A DNA stretch of 64,000 nucleotides from an uncultured virus (IMG/VR IMGVR_UViG_3300018878_000143) (lineage: Duplodnaviria > Heunggongvirae > Uroviricota > Caudoviricetes). Both the position numbers and the translations under genes were made by a program. The DNA lies in the IMG/VR virus record IMGVR_UViG_3300018878_000143; one strand, written 5' to 3'. Positions 10,401 to 20,472 of this stretch are shown piece after piece. The notes beneath the pieces were generated by a model. The model worked only from the letters and a program-made list of their open reading frames with translations, made no database searches and had not been told where the DNA came from. The stretch's first letter is position 1. Each line of letters starts with the position of its first letter.

Positions 10401-13400
10401 AAAGAGACTGAGTTGTTAAATGCTCTACAAGTATTGAATGATGCACTACCAAATAAGTACAAATTATCTTATGAGGATTGGGCCGTTCGTACCGAAGGAG
10501 CCTCCACAACTGGCTGGTGGATTTTGGAAAATGAAACTCCTGGCGAGACAACGGTACTAGAGGGTATTACGCCGTTTTTTAGTGAACCACCTACAGAGAT
10601 GATAGAAGCATATGGTAGAAATGCTGCTAATGCCATTCATCAATATGAAACCTATCAGCGATCTCTAAAGATTCTTGCCGACGAGGTCGGAACAGAAAAT
10701 ATCTTATACCAAGAGATGTATGAAGGATATCTGGGTATAAAAGATTATGCCGAAAGTATTATAACTTCAAGAGATGAGCTAAATGCAAATCTTGCATCGC
10801 AGTATGTTCTGAATGAGACAATATCTTCCGGAATACCAGAAACAGCGGAAGAATTTGATGCGTTTCGCAGAAGTGTATCAGCTGCAGCCATTGAAAGCGG
10901 CACCTTTGTTGGAACATCACAAGACGTGGCCGATGCGATTGATGGTGTACTTAAAGGTCAAGCGCAGTTTTCAAGATTTTATGAGTCTGGCTCTACCCAA
11001 GAGCAGATTTCAGCTTTAGATCAGGCCGTGTCTAAAACAAAAACGGACATAGAAAAATTAGACGCTGTCTTAGAAAAATTAAGCAATCCTGCTGACAGTG
11101 CGTATGATGCTATTTCAAGATTAACAGAAGAAGACTTTGACTATTTGTTGGAGCTGATGCCTGAACTTCGTACTGAGTTCATCGCTTACCAAGAAGCGCT
11201 GGAGAACGGTGTTGATCCATTAGAGGCACAAGAAGCATTAATAAAATCAATTACAAAAGCAGGCCGCGCCCTAAAGGCTTCTCGTATTGCTGATGCTATG
11301 AGTGATGTTGTAAGCGCAGTAGAAAAGTATGGTGGAGATAGCTATCAAGCTCAAAGCGCTATGGCACAGCTTGCAATGCATTGCCCAACCCTTGTGGCAC
11401 AGCTGTATAACGTAGAGACCGGAATGTATGCTATTGGCAATTCTGCAGAAGCTGCAAAAGCAGCAATATTGGGGCTGGGTGGCATTAATCTGGATATTTC
11501 TATTGATAAAGTGACACAGAGCATAAACAAAGTTAATAGCAATATCAACAGTATGTTATCAGATAGAGCCGCCGGACTTGACTTTGATGAGGACGCGTTT
11601 TCTGGATTGATGGATCAAAGATCCAAACTACAGGAAGAATTGTCATTCTATGACGGCTTACAAGAGTTTAAGATAACATCATCATCATCATCAAGTAGCG
11701 GTGGCGGCGGTTCTTCTAAGACGCCTGCAGACAATATAAAAGACGCATTTGATGCATTATCTTCCTCAATCGAGATAAGCATTCAAAAGGAAGAAGAGTT
11801 CTTTGAAAATGGCAAGAAGAACTTAGACTCCGAAGTAATGCGAAAATCTCTTATGCAACAGGTTGCTTACTATCAGCAAATTCAGCGTGAGGCAGCAAGC
11901 GCTCTTGAGTCTGTAAAAGAGTATTATCGCGGACAAGGTATGAGCGAAGGTGCTATTGAACAGCAATCTCAGGTTCAAGATCTTACGAACGATTACTTAG
12001 ATGCCACAAAGGACGTTAAAGATGCGGTTGATCGCATGACCTCTGCAATTGTTGATGCCTTTGGCGAAGCAATTGACTCAATGCAGTCTGTGTATGATAC
12101 ACTACACAAAGCAGCTGATGAGTATGCTTCTTCTGGATATATTGCCGTTGATACCCTGCAGGAAATCATCTCTCACGGTGTTGAATACTTATCATTACTT
12201 CAAGACGAGAATGGACAACTTACCATTAACGAAGAGAATATTAAAAATGTCATAGCTGCCCGCACAGAGCAAATGGCGGTTGAAACAGCCCTTGCATATG
12301 TTGAGGCAATCCATGCGGCAAACGCAGAGAATAATGTTACTGAGCTCAATCGTTTGCTACATGCCACACAAGATGTTACAAGCGCACAATGGGGATTGGT
12401 CTATGCTACCCTTGCACTTGAAGGTCTTGACGAGGATCAAAATCGGGCCGCACTCCACGTTATTGATTCTCTTCGTGCAATGTCCGAGTCTGCACAACGA
12501 AGCATCTTCGAAACTGCGGACAACACTACTGACGCATTAAAAGAAACACGAGAAGAGTTGGAAAAGATGCAGTCCGGTGTTAATGATATTCTTGAGTACA
12601 CCATGGAAATGCTCGAACATGAAGTTGAGCAGCAAATTGAAGCATTAGAGCAGCAGAAAGAAGATTATGCAGAAATAATCGAACTTAAAAAAGAAGCGTT
12701 AGATGCAACGAAAGAAGAGTCTGATTATCAGGAAGAAGTTGCAGATAAGGTTAAAGAGCTTGCCAAGCTTCAAGAGCGTATCAACATCCTGTCTCTTGAC
12801 GACAGTCGTGATGCACAGGCGCAAAGGATCGCCCTGCAGGAAGAGATGGCAGATTTACAAGAAGAACTTGCAGAACTCCAAGGTGATCATGCTATCGAAG
12901 CTCAAAAAGAATCGCTCGACAAGATGCAGGAAGCATACGAAGATGCTAAAGATGATGAAATTAAAGAATTGGAAGCATCAATTTCTTCGCAACAAAAGCT
13001 TTACGATATGGCTATCGAATACATAGAATCCAATTGGGAAGATCTAAAAGATACGTTAATTAATTGGAACTATGAGTATGGTTCTGTACTGACTGACGAA
13101 CTGGTTTCTGCATGGGATAGCGCACTTGATGCCGCTAAGGAATATGGCAGCTATTTAGAAGCTTTACAAAATATTCAGGACGACATCGACGATATTGACG
13201 AAAAAATCAATAGTTCTTCCGGTGGTTCCAAATACGATAACTTTGACCTTGGAGAAACCCCAAGTTATGACCACGAAGCTTCTGACGAAGATCACATCCG
13301 CTCAATCGTTGGCAGAATGAAAACCAATTCTCAGACATGGCACTCAGCATCAAAAGAGCGGCAAGCAGAATTATCGGCGGAAACATATCGTCTTGGCACT

Positions 13401-13868
13401 GTCGAATTGGCGAAGTATGGTATTACTGCTGTGCGAGGCAGTGATGGTGTATGGTATATCGACCACGAGGGTGGAGAGCAACTATACAAAGTATATCACA
13501 CTGGTGGCATTGTTGGCGGTGGAGACATAAAATCAAACGAGCAATTTGCTCTATTAAAAGAGAGAGAGTGGGTTCTTAGTGAGAATATGGTTGATAATCT
13601 CACGAGACATATGTCTTTGATGGCTAAATTCGCCAACTTTGCCGGTAAGTTGCTTGACTCATCTGGTCTAACCATTGGAAATCGTGTAGCAGACATTATG
13701 TCTAACAACAATCAGAGAATACTTTCAGCAGCTAATTCAAGAGCAGTTCAAATTTCAATTGGTGACACTTATATTAGCGGTATGCCGGAGGACACCATAA
13801 AACAACATCAGGATATTGCTCGGTCTCAAGTAAACAAGATCTTTGAGTATTTGAATATTAAGCGTTAA
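7467..13868 (+). CDS. Tail tape measure protein
   Basis: 2133 aa from ATG 7467, Ala-rich helical, TP901-type core (DTAMTELRKV...DFARLG...NPEKVGTALKT), hydrophobic mid-segments, C-terminal YHTGG. Confidence 0.95.
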   Translation: MAGFGAKVKLTVDRSSAAKAEFNQQINTLIKQIKISNKFTVLQKDMDRVRKDAQIMLNKAPIRINKIDCSGAMAGLRRDLQSIINSLSISNGVTITGLVDPSGVGSLKTDLTSVNDAIADGSNKADQFNARISVLKETMRSLATVYQSAMPGKKNGVTNEALIAELNTITAKYTELKTKIEAVNSSKHKDIGYVEALQQEAVALQAEIAALQQKQIELTKEAAQKDRSTAETKELTIGSLEYNNAIKQATDLLVRVRKAQEDWTKAKNGQSSAEYAKLATYDQSLNQLITDLQRGGMSIDDFKARLSSINSNFTTTASAIRQCSENTKSFADRFGGLASKFASWLTVSQVIMMLYRALRRMVTAVIDVDTAMTELRKVTNETDAAYEKFLDNAGDRAKKLGATISDTVSATADFARLGHGIEDAAVLADAAIVYKNIGDGIEDISQASESIISTMQAFGIEASNVMTIVDKFNHIGNNFAISSAGIGDALLNSAASLHAAGNTLDESIALIAAANEVIQNPEKVGTALKTMSMYIRASKTEAEEAGIATDGMANSVSELRQEILDLTGNRVDIMVDDNTFKSTVEIIGELAKVWDSLTDTSRTNITELIGGGVRNANVINALISNYETVEEVLIAAAGASGSAMKENEKQLDSIQGKINQFKATFQDFSLNFIEAETVKIVVDFGTALMSAASAMAKIDLFLPTIIAAVVAFKSYQKAKAAALVTSAENAAVASLTQRIMAEKGVNDAMVISYQALNTEKQKAVLTNLTLALSEGTLTKEDYRNIVAKLGYTSATMGAKTATDALNLSIKSLLASNPVGWIILLISLIPTFINWISGSEESVEGLAEETDEASQKIKSLADSAADSSKTISDLAFGYLDASNKLNDLTGTLDECIQAREDLIDGLKIEQDELQKLIDKYGSYDKAVASVSVSKLANDEIDLRGGYNEAVNFFNDTQPAYHVGSYNEATSGFAVTKGSDKETELLNALQVLNDALPNKYKLSYEDWAVRTEGASTTGWWILENETPGETTVLEGITPFFSEPPTEMIEAYGRNAANAIHQYETYQRSLKILADEVGTENILYQEMYEGYLGIKDYAESIITSRDELNANLASQYVLNETISSGIPETAEEFDAFRRSVSAAAIESGTFVGTSQDVADAIDGVLKGQAQFSRFYESGSTQEQISALDQAVSKTKTDIEKLDAVLEKLSNPADSAYDAISRLTEEDFDYLLELMPELRTEFIAYQEALENGVDPLEAQEALIKSITKAGRALKASRIADAMSDVVSAVEKYGGDSYQAQSAMAQLAMHCPTLVAQLYNVETGMYAIGNSAEAAKAAILGLGGINLDISIDKVTQSINKVNSNINSMLSDRAAGLDFDEDAFSGLMDQRSKLQEELSFYDGLQEFKITSSSSSSSGGGGSSKTPADNIKDAFDALSSSIEISIQKEEEFFENGKKNLDSEVMRKSLMQQVAYYQQIQREAASALESVKEYYRGQGMSEGAIEQQSQVQDLTNDYLDATKDVKDAVDRMTSAIVDAFGEAIDSMQSVYDTLHKAADEYASSGYIAVDTLQEIISHGVEYLSLLQDENGQLTINEENIKNVIAARTEQMAVETALAYVEAIHAANAENNVTELNRLLHATQDVTSAQWGLVYATLALEGLDEDQNRAALHVIDSLRAMSESAQRSIFETADNTTDALKETREELEKMQSGVNDILEYTMEMLEHEVEQQIEALEQQKEDYAEIIELKKEALDATKEESDYQEEVADKVKELAKLQERINILSLDDSRDAQAQRIALQEEMADLQEELAELQGDHAIEAQKESLDKMQEAYEDAKDDEIKELEASISSQQKLYDMAIEYIESNWEDLKDTLINWNYEYGSVLTDELVSAWDSALDAAKEYGSYLEALQNIQDDIDDIDEKINSSSGGSKYDNFDLGETPSYDHEASDEDHIRSIVGRMKTNSQTWHSASKERQAELSAETYRLGTVELAKYGITAVRGSDGVWYIDHEGGEQLYKVYHTGGIVGGGDIKSNEQFALLKEREWVLSENMVDNLTRHMSLMAKFANFAGKLLDSSGLTIGNRVADIMSNNNQRILSAANSRAVQISIGDTYISGMPEDTIKQHQDIARSQVNKIFEYLNIKR

Positions 13869-13872
13869 TTTT

Positions 13873-13894
13873 GAGAGGGGTTTACACCCCTCTC
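13873..13894 (+). other. Perfect stem-loop after the tape measure gene
   Basis: GAGAGGGGT-TTAC-ACCCCTCTC with no clear U-tract. Confidence 0.55.
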
Positions 13895-13924
13895 TATCAC
13901 TTTAAAAAGGAGGTGTTCAGCACA

Positions 13925-14704
13925 GTGTTCAATAGTTATGAATTCACTTTTGCGGGGGAATCATCCGTTATGTACGGCTTGAAGCTTTATGATTTTAACG
14001 GACGAGGTCAGGATGACGTTAGCTTTGGAAATAAAGCAACTGTATCCGAAACCCGAGTTAACAACAGAATTCAGCCAATCCATTACGGTGTGAACTATCA
14101 TAAAGACCCTCTAAAATTTAAACTTGTGTTTGGTGCAGAGGAAGCAATGGACCGATATACATTGGAAGAAATATCTATGTGGCTTACGGGTTACAATGAT
14201 TATCAATGGCTTTCCATCGATCAGCCCGATATGGAACATGTACAGTTCAAATGTCTGATCACTTCCCTGACACCGCTTTCTCACGGGTGGCTACCCGTTG
14301 CATTTGAGGCCGAGGTTGTTTGTGACTGTTCATATGCTTATGGGCATCCATTTAGTAAGACAGTTTCGGGAACTTCCGTGGTATTCCGCAATGAAAGCAG
14401 TGTAAGAGAGTATTTAAGACCAGACTTAACTCTGGTTTCACCAGTCGGATCAACAACTTTGAGAATTGTAAATATGAGCGACGGAGGTCGTGTATTTGAA
14501 CTGACGGGACTACCATCTGCAGCAACAACAATTTATGTAGATAATCTCAACGGCATTATCCGAGACGAAAACGATGCATACAATCTGTATGATGGATTTA
14601 ACATGAATTTGTTCCGGCTTGTACCGGGTGACAATCGGCTTACAATATCTGGAGCGAGCTCTGTTACAATTTCAGGTCGCTTCCTACATAATGTTGCAGG
14701 ATAA
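13925..14704 (+). CDS. Distal tail protein (Dit)
   Basis: Follows the tape measure; FTFAGESS..YGL N-terminus and FRLVPGDNRLTI C-terminus typical of Dit; GTG start after AAGGAGG (ORF opens at 13871). Confidence 0.75.
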   Translation: MFNSYEFTFAGESSVMYGLKLYDFNGRGQDDVSFGNKATVSETRVNNRIQPIHYGVNYHKDPLKFKLVFGAEEAMDRYTLEEISMWLTGYNDYQWLSIDQPDMEHVQFKCLITSLTPLSHGWLPVAFEAEVVCDCSYAYGHPFSKTVSGTSVVFRNESSVREYLRPDLTLVSPVGSTTLRIVNMSDGGRVFELTGLPSAATTIYVDNLNGIIRDENDAYNLYDGFNMNLFRLVPGDNRLTISGASSVTISGRFLHNVAG

Positions 14705-14715
14705 GGAGGTGTGGA

Positions 14716-17700
14716 ATGTATCTTGATTATTCTAAATTGGAGTTTGATGCGTATGGCAGACCAGAAGTCCCAGAATTGATGCTTCAAACTCTAAATGAGC
14801 GTTCCATTGGCCTTCTGTCTGGGGTCAACAATCTGAAATTTAACATTAAATTATCCGAGCCAAGTGAAATTTCCTTTGATATCCCCTCGGTGGTTAAAGG
14901 CAAGCCCAATCCTTTGTATCACAAAGTTGAAGGGCGCAAACTTATCTATACTAAGAATTATGGTGTCTATGTCACAATGAAACCTTCTAAGTCTTCCGAT
15001 GGAATTTCTGACATCAAATCCGTCAAGGGATATTCTATCGAAAAACGGCTTGAGGACAAACGCTTTTTCTTAGAAGAAGGAACCTTTAATTTCTATTCGC
15101 CGATGTCTGGGGCAGACACAGTTTTGTCTCGTATTTTGGAGATCGCAAAGGGTTGGAAAATCGGCTACGTCTCCGCCACCCTCTGGAATAGATATCGAAC
15201 ATTCGATCAGTACGACGATTATCTGTTGTCATTTATTTATAATACAGCTCCTGAGAAGTATCGGTGCGTGTTTGTGTTCGATCCATATGAAAAAACCATC
15301 AATGTCTATGACGCAGACGAGGAACGAACCGCCCTCCCAATTTATCTTGATTTCGATAATCTGTTGGAAGAAATCGAAGTAGAAGAACTTAGCGATGAGC
15401 TGGTAACTGCATTGCGTCCATATGGTGCGGATGAACTTGATATCAGATCGGTCAATCCAACAGGTTCAAACTGGATTTATAACATAGATCACTTCATTTC
15501 TAATGGAGATATTCCAGAAAGTATTGCGGCAAAATGGAGCAAATGGCAAAAAGCAGTTGACAGTCAAAGGTCTGCCTATTCTGGCTACTGCGCTCTTAGA
15601 GCATCTGCTACTTCTCGCCTTTTAACACTAAAAGCAGAGTTAACAGATTTAAAGGGAGAGTTAACTAACCTTACTAATCAACAGAGTGTTATTATTCAAG
15701 CCATTGCAATGGAGACTACAGAAAAAGGAAAAGAAACTCAGCAAACAAATCTCGCTACCGTTAACGACAAGATTTCTGCGCAAACAGCGCTTGTTGAGGC
15801 AAAAGAGGTCGAGATAGCGGAGGCTGAGGGTACTGTAAATTCTTATGCTGTAAAAACAAATTCTATCGCAGAGTCTTTGAATATCGAAACTTATTTTTCC
15901 GAAGATGAGCTAAATATTCTTAGAGAGTATTTTGTAGAACAAGATGTTACTGAGAGCACCTTTGTTGCAACTGATCTTAACACGGTTACGTCCGGTCAGA
16001 CGGCGTATATCGAACCGTCTGCTAAGGGGACTATGCTTTACTTTTACAAAAAGGGGGCAGAAGACGATGTTGAGGCAGGCAAAATTGAATTGGTTGACTT
16101 GCCCGATGACGTAGACAGAGAAATGTTTACAATCTCTGGGTGCACTTTTAGAATTTATAATTGCGACAAGGTTGAATTATCTTGTGATGTCGTTAAGGGA
16201 GTACTTGATAGAAAGACTGGTTCCAATGAATTTGTGTTAAGTATATATGCTTCTAATATTCAGCTCGGCGACGCAAGGGTATCCAGCGGATTGATCACAT
16301 TTGCCGGTAAAGGCACAACCTCCGACCCTCGTGCCAATTCTTGGTCTGTCACAATTAGCCATACCACCACAATGTACATCACTACAAATGCAAGTGAGTT
16401 TCAAAAATATTCCGTACAGTCTGAATTGTTGGAATATGCGCAAGGTGTACTAAATGATTTATCTGTATACACCTATGAGTTTAGTGTTAGCTCCGGCAAC
16501 TTCTTATTCTCAAAAGAGTTTGAGCCGTTCCGTAATAAGTTAGAGCTTGGCCGAGGTATTTACCTAAAGCTCAGCGATGAACAAACGATCACTCCCCTGC
16601 TTATTGAAATGGAGTTCGAATTTGAGAAGCAGGACAGTTTCTCTCTTGTATTTTCCAATCGTTTTAAGCGTCATGATAATGTTAACTCATTGAAAGACAT
16701 GCTCGAAAAGGGTTATTCGTCTGGTCGTAGCTTTGATGCAAGCAAATATCTTTACAACCAATCTCTCGGCGAGGTATCAGCTATCACAGAGTTTATGAAC
16801 GGTTCTTTAGATGCTGCAAAGAATGCAATTCTTGGAGCATCTAACCAGCAAGTTCGTATCGATGGTTCTGGTATCAGCATTGGTGTTGACGAAGAAGCGA
16901 TTCGTGAACTGGCTGGCAATAGTATGGCTGACAAACTAAAGGATTGTGAATTACGCCTTACAAATGGCATGATTGCCATGAGTGATAATGGGTGGAACAG
17001 CGCAAAACTAGCTATCGGTAAATTTGTGTCTGATGAAGTCGGCGAATACTTCGGCGTAAATGCCGATGTTATCGGCGGCAAACTGCTTATTGGCAATAAC
17101 CTTATTGTTGAAAATATGAACGACGATGGTGTTATGCAGTTTAGGGTTGATTCTTCTGGTGCATGGTTAAGAGACTCTACATTTGTTTTACAGTCCACAA
17201 AAACCAATGGCGGAGAAATAATCATTGACCCGAAGTACGGTATTGTTGCAGGAAACAAAAACCTATATAATCTGAATGGTACAAACGTTGTGCCGTCTTT
17301 TTATTCAAACGGGACTATAACCAAAGATGCAGATGGTATGCCAAAGAATTCCAATTTCTACCTAGATATAGATTCTGGTAATGCATATTTTAGAGGCACT
17401 GTTTACGCAACGAGCGGCAAATTTACAGGAGAAATACAAGCAAGCTCTGGAACTTTCTCAGGAACAGTAAAAGGCGCACAATTTCAGACAAGTTCAGGCA
17501 AGCCAATGACCAACTCAAGTGGCCAGTTCTTACTTGAATATCTCGATACTGTCGAGTTGTCCAACGGAATAACCGAGGAATATACGGCGGCAATCGACTC
17601 TTCTGAAAAGGGGCTTACTGCTCAATATACCCAAGCAATTACGAACTCTGCAAACAAAATAAAAGAAGAGTACACAGCGGCAATTAGCGCAAGTGCGCAA

Positions 17701-18630
17701 GAATTAAGCACAAGATTAAAAGCCGTGGAAGATGACTATATTACATCTTCCGAGCTCACCCAAACAGCAAGTGGAATTGAGAGCAGAGTCGAAACCATAG
17801 AAGGTAATTATGTCACATCGTCTACTCTCACCCAAACATCGAATGAAATTAAAGCTATCGTGCAAGGCGTGACTGGATCAGACGGCAAAGTTACTGCTGC
17901 ATCCATTGTTGCTTCTATAAATGATGGCACAAGTAAAATTAATATGAGTGCAACGAACATTGATTTGAGCGGATATGTCACCATTAGCAATTTAGAGGGC
18001 AACAGTACGACAAAAATTAATGGAGCAAGCATTGAGAGTGGTCAAATAAAGATCGGCGGAACATCTTCTTCACCAAATTTCCAAGTCGACAAATATGGTA
18101 ACGTCTATATGAGAGGCAGTATTGCTATCGATTGGGATAATGTTGACGAAAGCGGAAGTGCTGCATATGATTTAGCTGACGAAGCATGGGATAAGGCGGA
18201 CGGCGCTGAAGACGCCGCTGACGCAGCTGTTGAGAGCGTAGACGCACTTGCAAACGGAGAATATGAGGGTGGAACCTTTATAAATGGAGACTGTATTTAC
18301 AGTCCAAAATTCGTCGCGACTCTGGACGATGATGGAGATCCTCTGACATATGCAGAATACAGTGGCCAGTACATGTCATTTTGGGAAGATGGATACGAAA
18401 AACTGGTAATGGATTATGGTAGCGAATATAGTTATGAGGGTTCTCGCCAACGCGAATACGTTGCATTAAAATTGGGAAACAGTAATCGAGCTTATATCAT
18501 GAAAAAATATGAAAGTAGTGACAGCTGGCTCTGGATCGGAAACGAAAATCAAACCTGCGGAATACTGTTTAATTTTGACGAACAACAATACCGCATTTTT
18601 GGAAGTTTAAATAACAGTCTTGGAGGATAA
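14716..18630 (+). CDS. Baseplate hub / Tal-like tail tip protein
   Basis: 1304 aa after Dit; Tal-like N-terminal part, coiled coil, repeated LTQTASGIESRV-type segments, beta-rich C-terminus. Confidence 0.75.
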   Translation: MYLDYSKLEFDAYGRPEVPELMLQTLNERSIGLLSGVNNLKFNIKLSEPSEISFDIPSVVKGKPNPLYHKVEGRKLIYTKNYGVYVTMKPSKSSDGISDIKSVKGYSIEKRLEDKRFFLEEGTFNFYSPMSGADTVLSRILEIAKGWKIGYVSATLWNRYRTFDQYDDYLLSFIYNTAPEKYRCVFVFDPYEKTINVYDADEERTALPIYLDFDNLLEEIEVEELSDELVTALRPYGADELDIRSVNPTGSNWIYNIDHFISNGDIPESIAAKWSKWQKAVDSQRSAYSGYCALRASATSRLLTLKAELTDLKGELTNLTNQQSVIIQAIAMETTEKGKETQQTNLATVNDKISAQTALVEAKEVEIAEAEGTVNSYAVKTNSIAESLNIETYFSEDELNILREYFVEQDVTESTFVATDLNTVTSGQTAYIEPSAKGTMLYFYKKGAEDDVEAGKIELVDLPDDVDREMFTISGCTFRIYNCDKVELSCDVVKGVLDRKTGSNEFVLSIYASNIQLGDARVSSGLITFAGKGTTSDPRANSWSVTISHTTTMYITTNASEFQKYSVQSELLEYAQGVLNDLSVYTYEFSVSSGNFLFSKEFEPFRNKLELGRGIYLKLSDEQTITPLLIEMEFEFEKQDSFSLVFSNRFKRHDNVNSLKDMLEKGYSSGRSFDASKYLYNQSLGEVSAITEFMNGSLDAAKNAILGASNQQVRIDGSGISIGVDEEAIRELAGNSMADKLKDCELRLTNGMIAMSDNGWNSAKLAIGKFVSDEVGEYFGVNADVIGGKLLIGNNLIVENMNDDGVMQFRVDSSGAWLRDSTFVLQSTKTNGGEIIIDPKYGIVAGNKNLYNLNGTNVVPSFYSNGTITKDADGMPKNSNFYLDIDSGNAYFRGTVYATSGKFTGEIQASSGTFSGTVKGAQFQTSSGKPMTNSSGQFLLEYLDTVELSNGITEEYTAAIDSSEKGLTAQYTQAITNSANKIKEEYTAAISASAQELSTRLKAVEDDYITSSELTQTASGIESRVETIEGNYVTSSTLTQTSNEIKAIVQGVTGSDGKVTAASIVASINDGTSKINMSATNIDLSGYVTISNLEGNSTTKINGASIESGQIKIGGTSSSPNFQVDKYGNVYMRGSIAIDWDNVDESGSAAYDLADEAWDKADGAEDAADAAVESVDALANGEYEGGTFINGDCIYSPKFVATLDDDGDPLTYAEYSGQYMSFWEDGYEKLVMDYGSEYSYEGSRQREYVALKLGNSNRAYIMKKYESSDSWLWIGNENQTCGILFNFDEQQYRIFGSLNNSLGG

Positions 18631-18822
18631 ATGAAGAACGAAATTACAGGAAGGTTAACCGCTGTTCTTAATGCATTAGAGCAAGTCAGCGTTCATGGAA
18701 AAAGCAACCTTACAAATCTCAGCGGTAGCATCGCTCTAATCGAAGAAGTTCGAAATATTATCAATCAAATTCAGTTCACAAAACCGGTGGTTGAAGAAGA
18801 AAAAAATAGTACCAAAGAATAA
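18631..18822 (+). CDS. Small hypothetical tail protein
   Basis: GGAGG RBS, abuts the Tal stop codon. Confidence 0.6.
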   Translation: MKNEITGRLTAVLNALEQVSVHGKSNLTNLSGSIALIEEVRNIINQIQFTKPVVEEEKNSTKE

Positions 18823-18846
18823 TTTGGTAAGAAAGGCGGTGGATGT

Positions 18847-19221
18847 GTGAATTGCGAACATAGTCCATACACACTGCCGACAATTGATTTTGTTGGGGGC
18901 GAGACACAGCGTCTTGCCTTCAACATTTATCATGGGGGCAGTAAAAGGCCGTGCGGGTTGGATGGTTGTACCTCCAACTTTTCTATTGTCAGCTATACCA
19001 ATAAGTACGGCGATCCAATTGTAAAAAAATCAATGACCATTGATTCAAGTGATGGTCAGACTCAGAATATGCTGACCGTTGTTCTGACTCCAACAGAGTC
19101 AGTTGACCTGTATGGCAAATATATATATCAAATCATTATTAAGGATACAGACGGAGATACAGAGGTAAAACAAGGCATCATGTATATCTCGAACAATATC
19201 CATAAAGATTACTTTGCATAA
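18847..19221 (+). CDS. BppU-N-like baseplate/fibre attachment protein
   Basis: 124-aa beta protein with LTPTES.DL.GKYIYQI pattern. Confidence 0.5.
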   Translation: MNCEHSPYTLPTIDFVGGETQRLAFNIYHGGSKRPCGLDGCTSNFSIVSYTNKYGDPIVKKSMTIDSSDGQTQNMLTVVLTPTESVDLYGKYIYQIIIKDTDGDTEVKQGIMYISNNIHKDYFA

Positions 19222-19222
19222 T

Positions 19223-19255
19223 AGTCGAGAGTAAACACTCTCGGCTTTCTTATTT
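19223..19255 (+). terminator. Intrinsic terminator
   Basis: AGTCGAGAGT-AAAC-ACTCTCGGCT followed by TTCTTATTT. Confidence 0.7.
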
Positions 19256-19279
19256 ATGTCCACAAAGGAGGATGGAACT

Positions 19280-19678
19280 ATGAATACAACCTATTTCCTT
19301 AACTGTGTTTCTGGAAATGTATTTAAGACAAAGACCAGTCCTGCTCTTCCAACTGCATATTATGTTGGACTTAGTACGGCAACACCTACTATTGCAGGTA
19401 CTGGCGCAAAAGAACCTGCAGGCAGCGACTATGTTAGACAGGCTCTTTCAGGAAAGCTTGGCGCTCCGACTGACGGCCTCATTTCTAACACGTCCTCAAT
19501 TGATTTTCCAACAAGCGAAACCAATTGGGGTACTGTAACACACTTTGTTATTTATGATGCGCAAACTGGCGGCAACCTTTTGATGTATGGTGCTCTCACC
19601 ACCCCTCGAACTGTTGAACCGGACACAATTATGACACTTAAGCCTGGGGCGCTAAAGCTGAGTGTGAGTAACCCATAA
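19280..19678 (+). CDS. Small tail/fibre-associated structural protein
   Basis: YVGLST..P...G..EP..YVRQ...WGTVTHFVIYDA.TGGNLLMYG, a pattern I recognise from phage tail proteins. Confidence 0.65.
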   Translation: MNTTYFLNCVSGNVFKTKTSPALPTAYYVGLSTATPTIAGTGAKEPAGSDYVRQALSGKLGAPTDGLISNTSSIDFPTSETNWGTVTHFVIYDAQTGGNLLMYGALTTPRTVEPDTIMTLKPGALKLSVSNP

Positions 19679-19697
19679 TTTATGAGGGTGGTCGTAT

Positions 19698-20405
19698 ATG
19701 AAGAGATATGATGTTTACTTAACCGACCGCTCTTATGATGTCTATTTAAGAAATCGGTTGACTGTGTGTGATATTATCGTCCATGCCATTACACTTAAAG
19801 ATACTCTTTCTATTGACGCCAAAATCTTATTGGATTGTTGTCTTGCAGAATACAGCATTCAAAAAGTACTAGCATTAAAAGAGAGTAGAATGGATGTTGT
19901 TGCACACATTGACCAAATGGTCAAACGGTGCTTCGAGCACCTTACTCTTTCTGGTAAGATCGAAGTTTCTGCACAATTGGCTGCAATTAGAAGCATATCA
20001 TTAGAAAATGCCTTTTATATTTCGACTGATGATCTCAACATTGTTTCTAAGTTTCCTATTGATGTAGATGGCTCGTTGAATATTGATGTAGATCCAATAC
20101 ATTTGTTCTTACAGTATCTGTTGGATGCCAACACATCTGAGACCATTATTGGAGTTGCTGACTTGGACAATCTTGAAACAATCAAATTTGTCGACATCTC
20201 CAATATGCTTGTATCACAAGCGGAAGTTGATGAACTTGTAGCGAAGTTGATTGCGGCGGGGTCTAATATGCAGTTTTCGATAGAAGCCACGCTTTCAAGC
20301 GGATGTTATCGTGCATTGATTGATTTAGATGGAGAGACAGATCTAAATACATTGTTTGACCTTGATGCTCTTTCTCTGGATGATCTTGGATTTGTTGAGC
20401 AATAA
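19698..20405 (+). CDS. Hypothetical tail protein
   Basis: 235 aa; acidic C-terminus (LFDLDALSLDDL). Confidence 0.6.
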   Translation: MKRYDVYLTDRSYDVYLRNRLTVCDIIVHAITLKDTLSIDAKILLDCCLAEYSIQKVLALKESRMDVVAHIDQMVKRCFEHLTLSGKIEVSAQLAAIRSISLENAFYISTDDLNIVSKFPIDVDGSLNIDVDPIHLFLQYLLDANTSETIIGVADLDNLETIKFVDISNMLVSQAEVDELVAKLIAAGSNMQFSIEATLSSGCYRALIDLDGETDLNTLFDLDALSLDDLGFVEQ

Positions 20406-20472
20406 ATACCGGTTGTAGGGTGTATGTGCAAAAGTATACTCTACAACCCAACTTGAAAACAAAAAAACGGAG

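Noticed and set aside
11677..11717. CAT-type trinucleotide run as a phase-variation tract
   Set aside because: In-frame triplets encoding a Ser/Gly linker; slippage would not shift the frame
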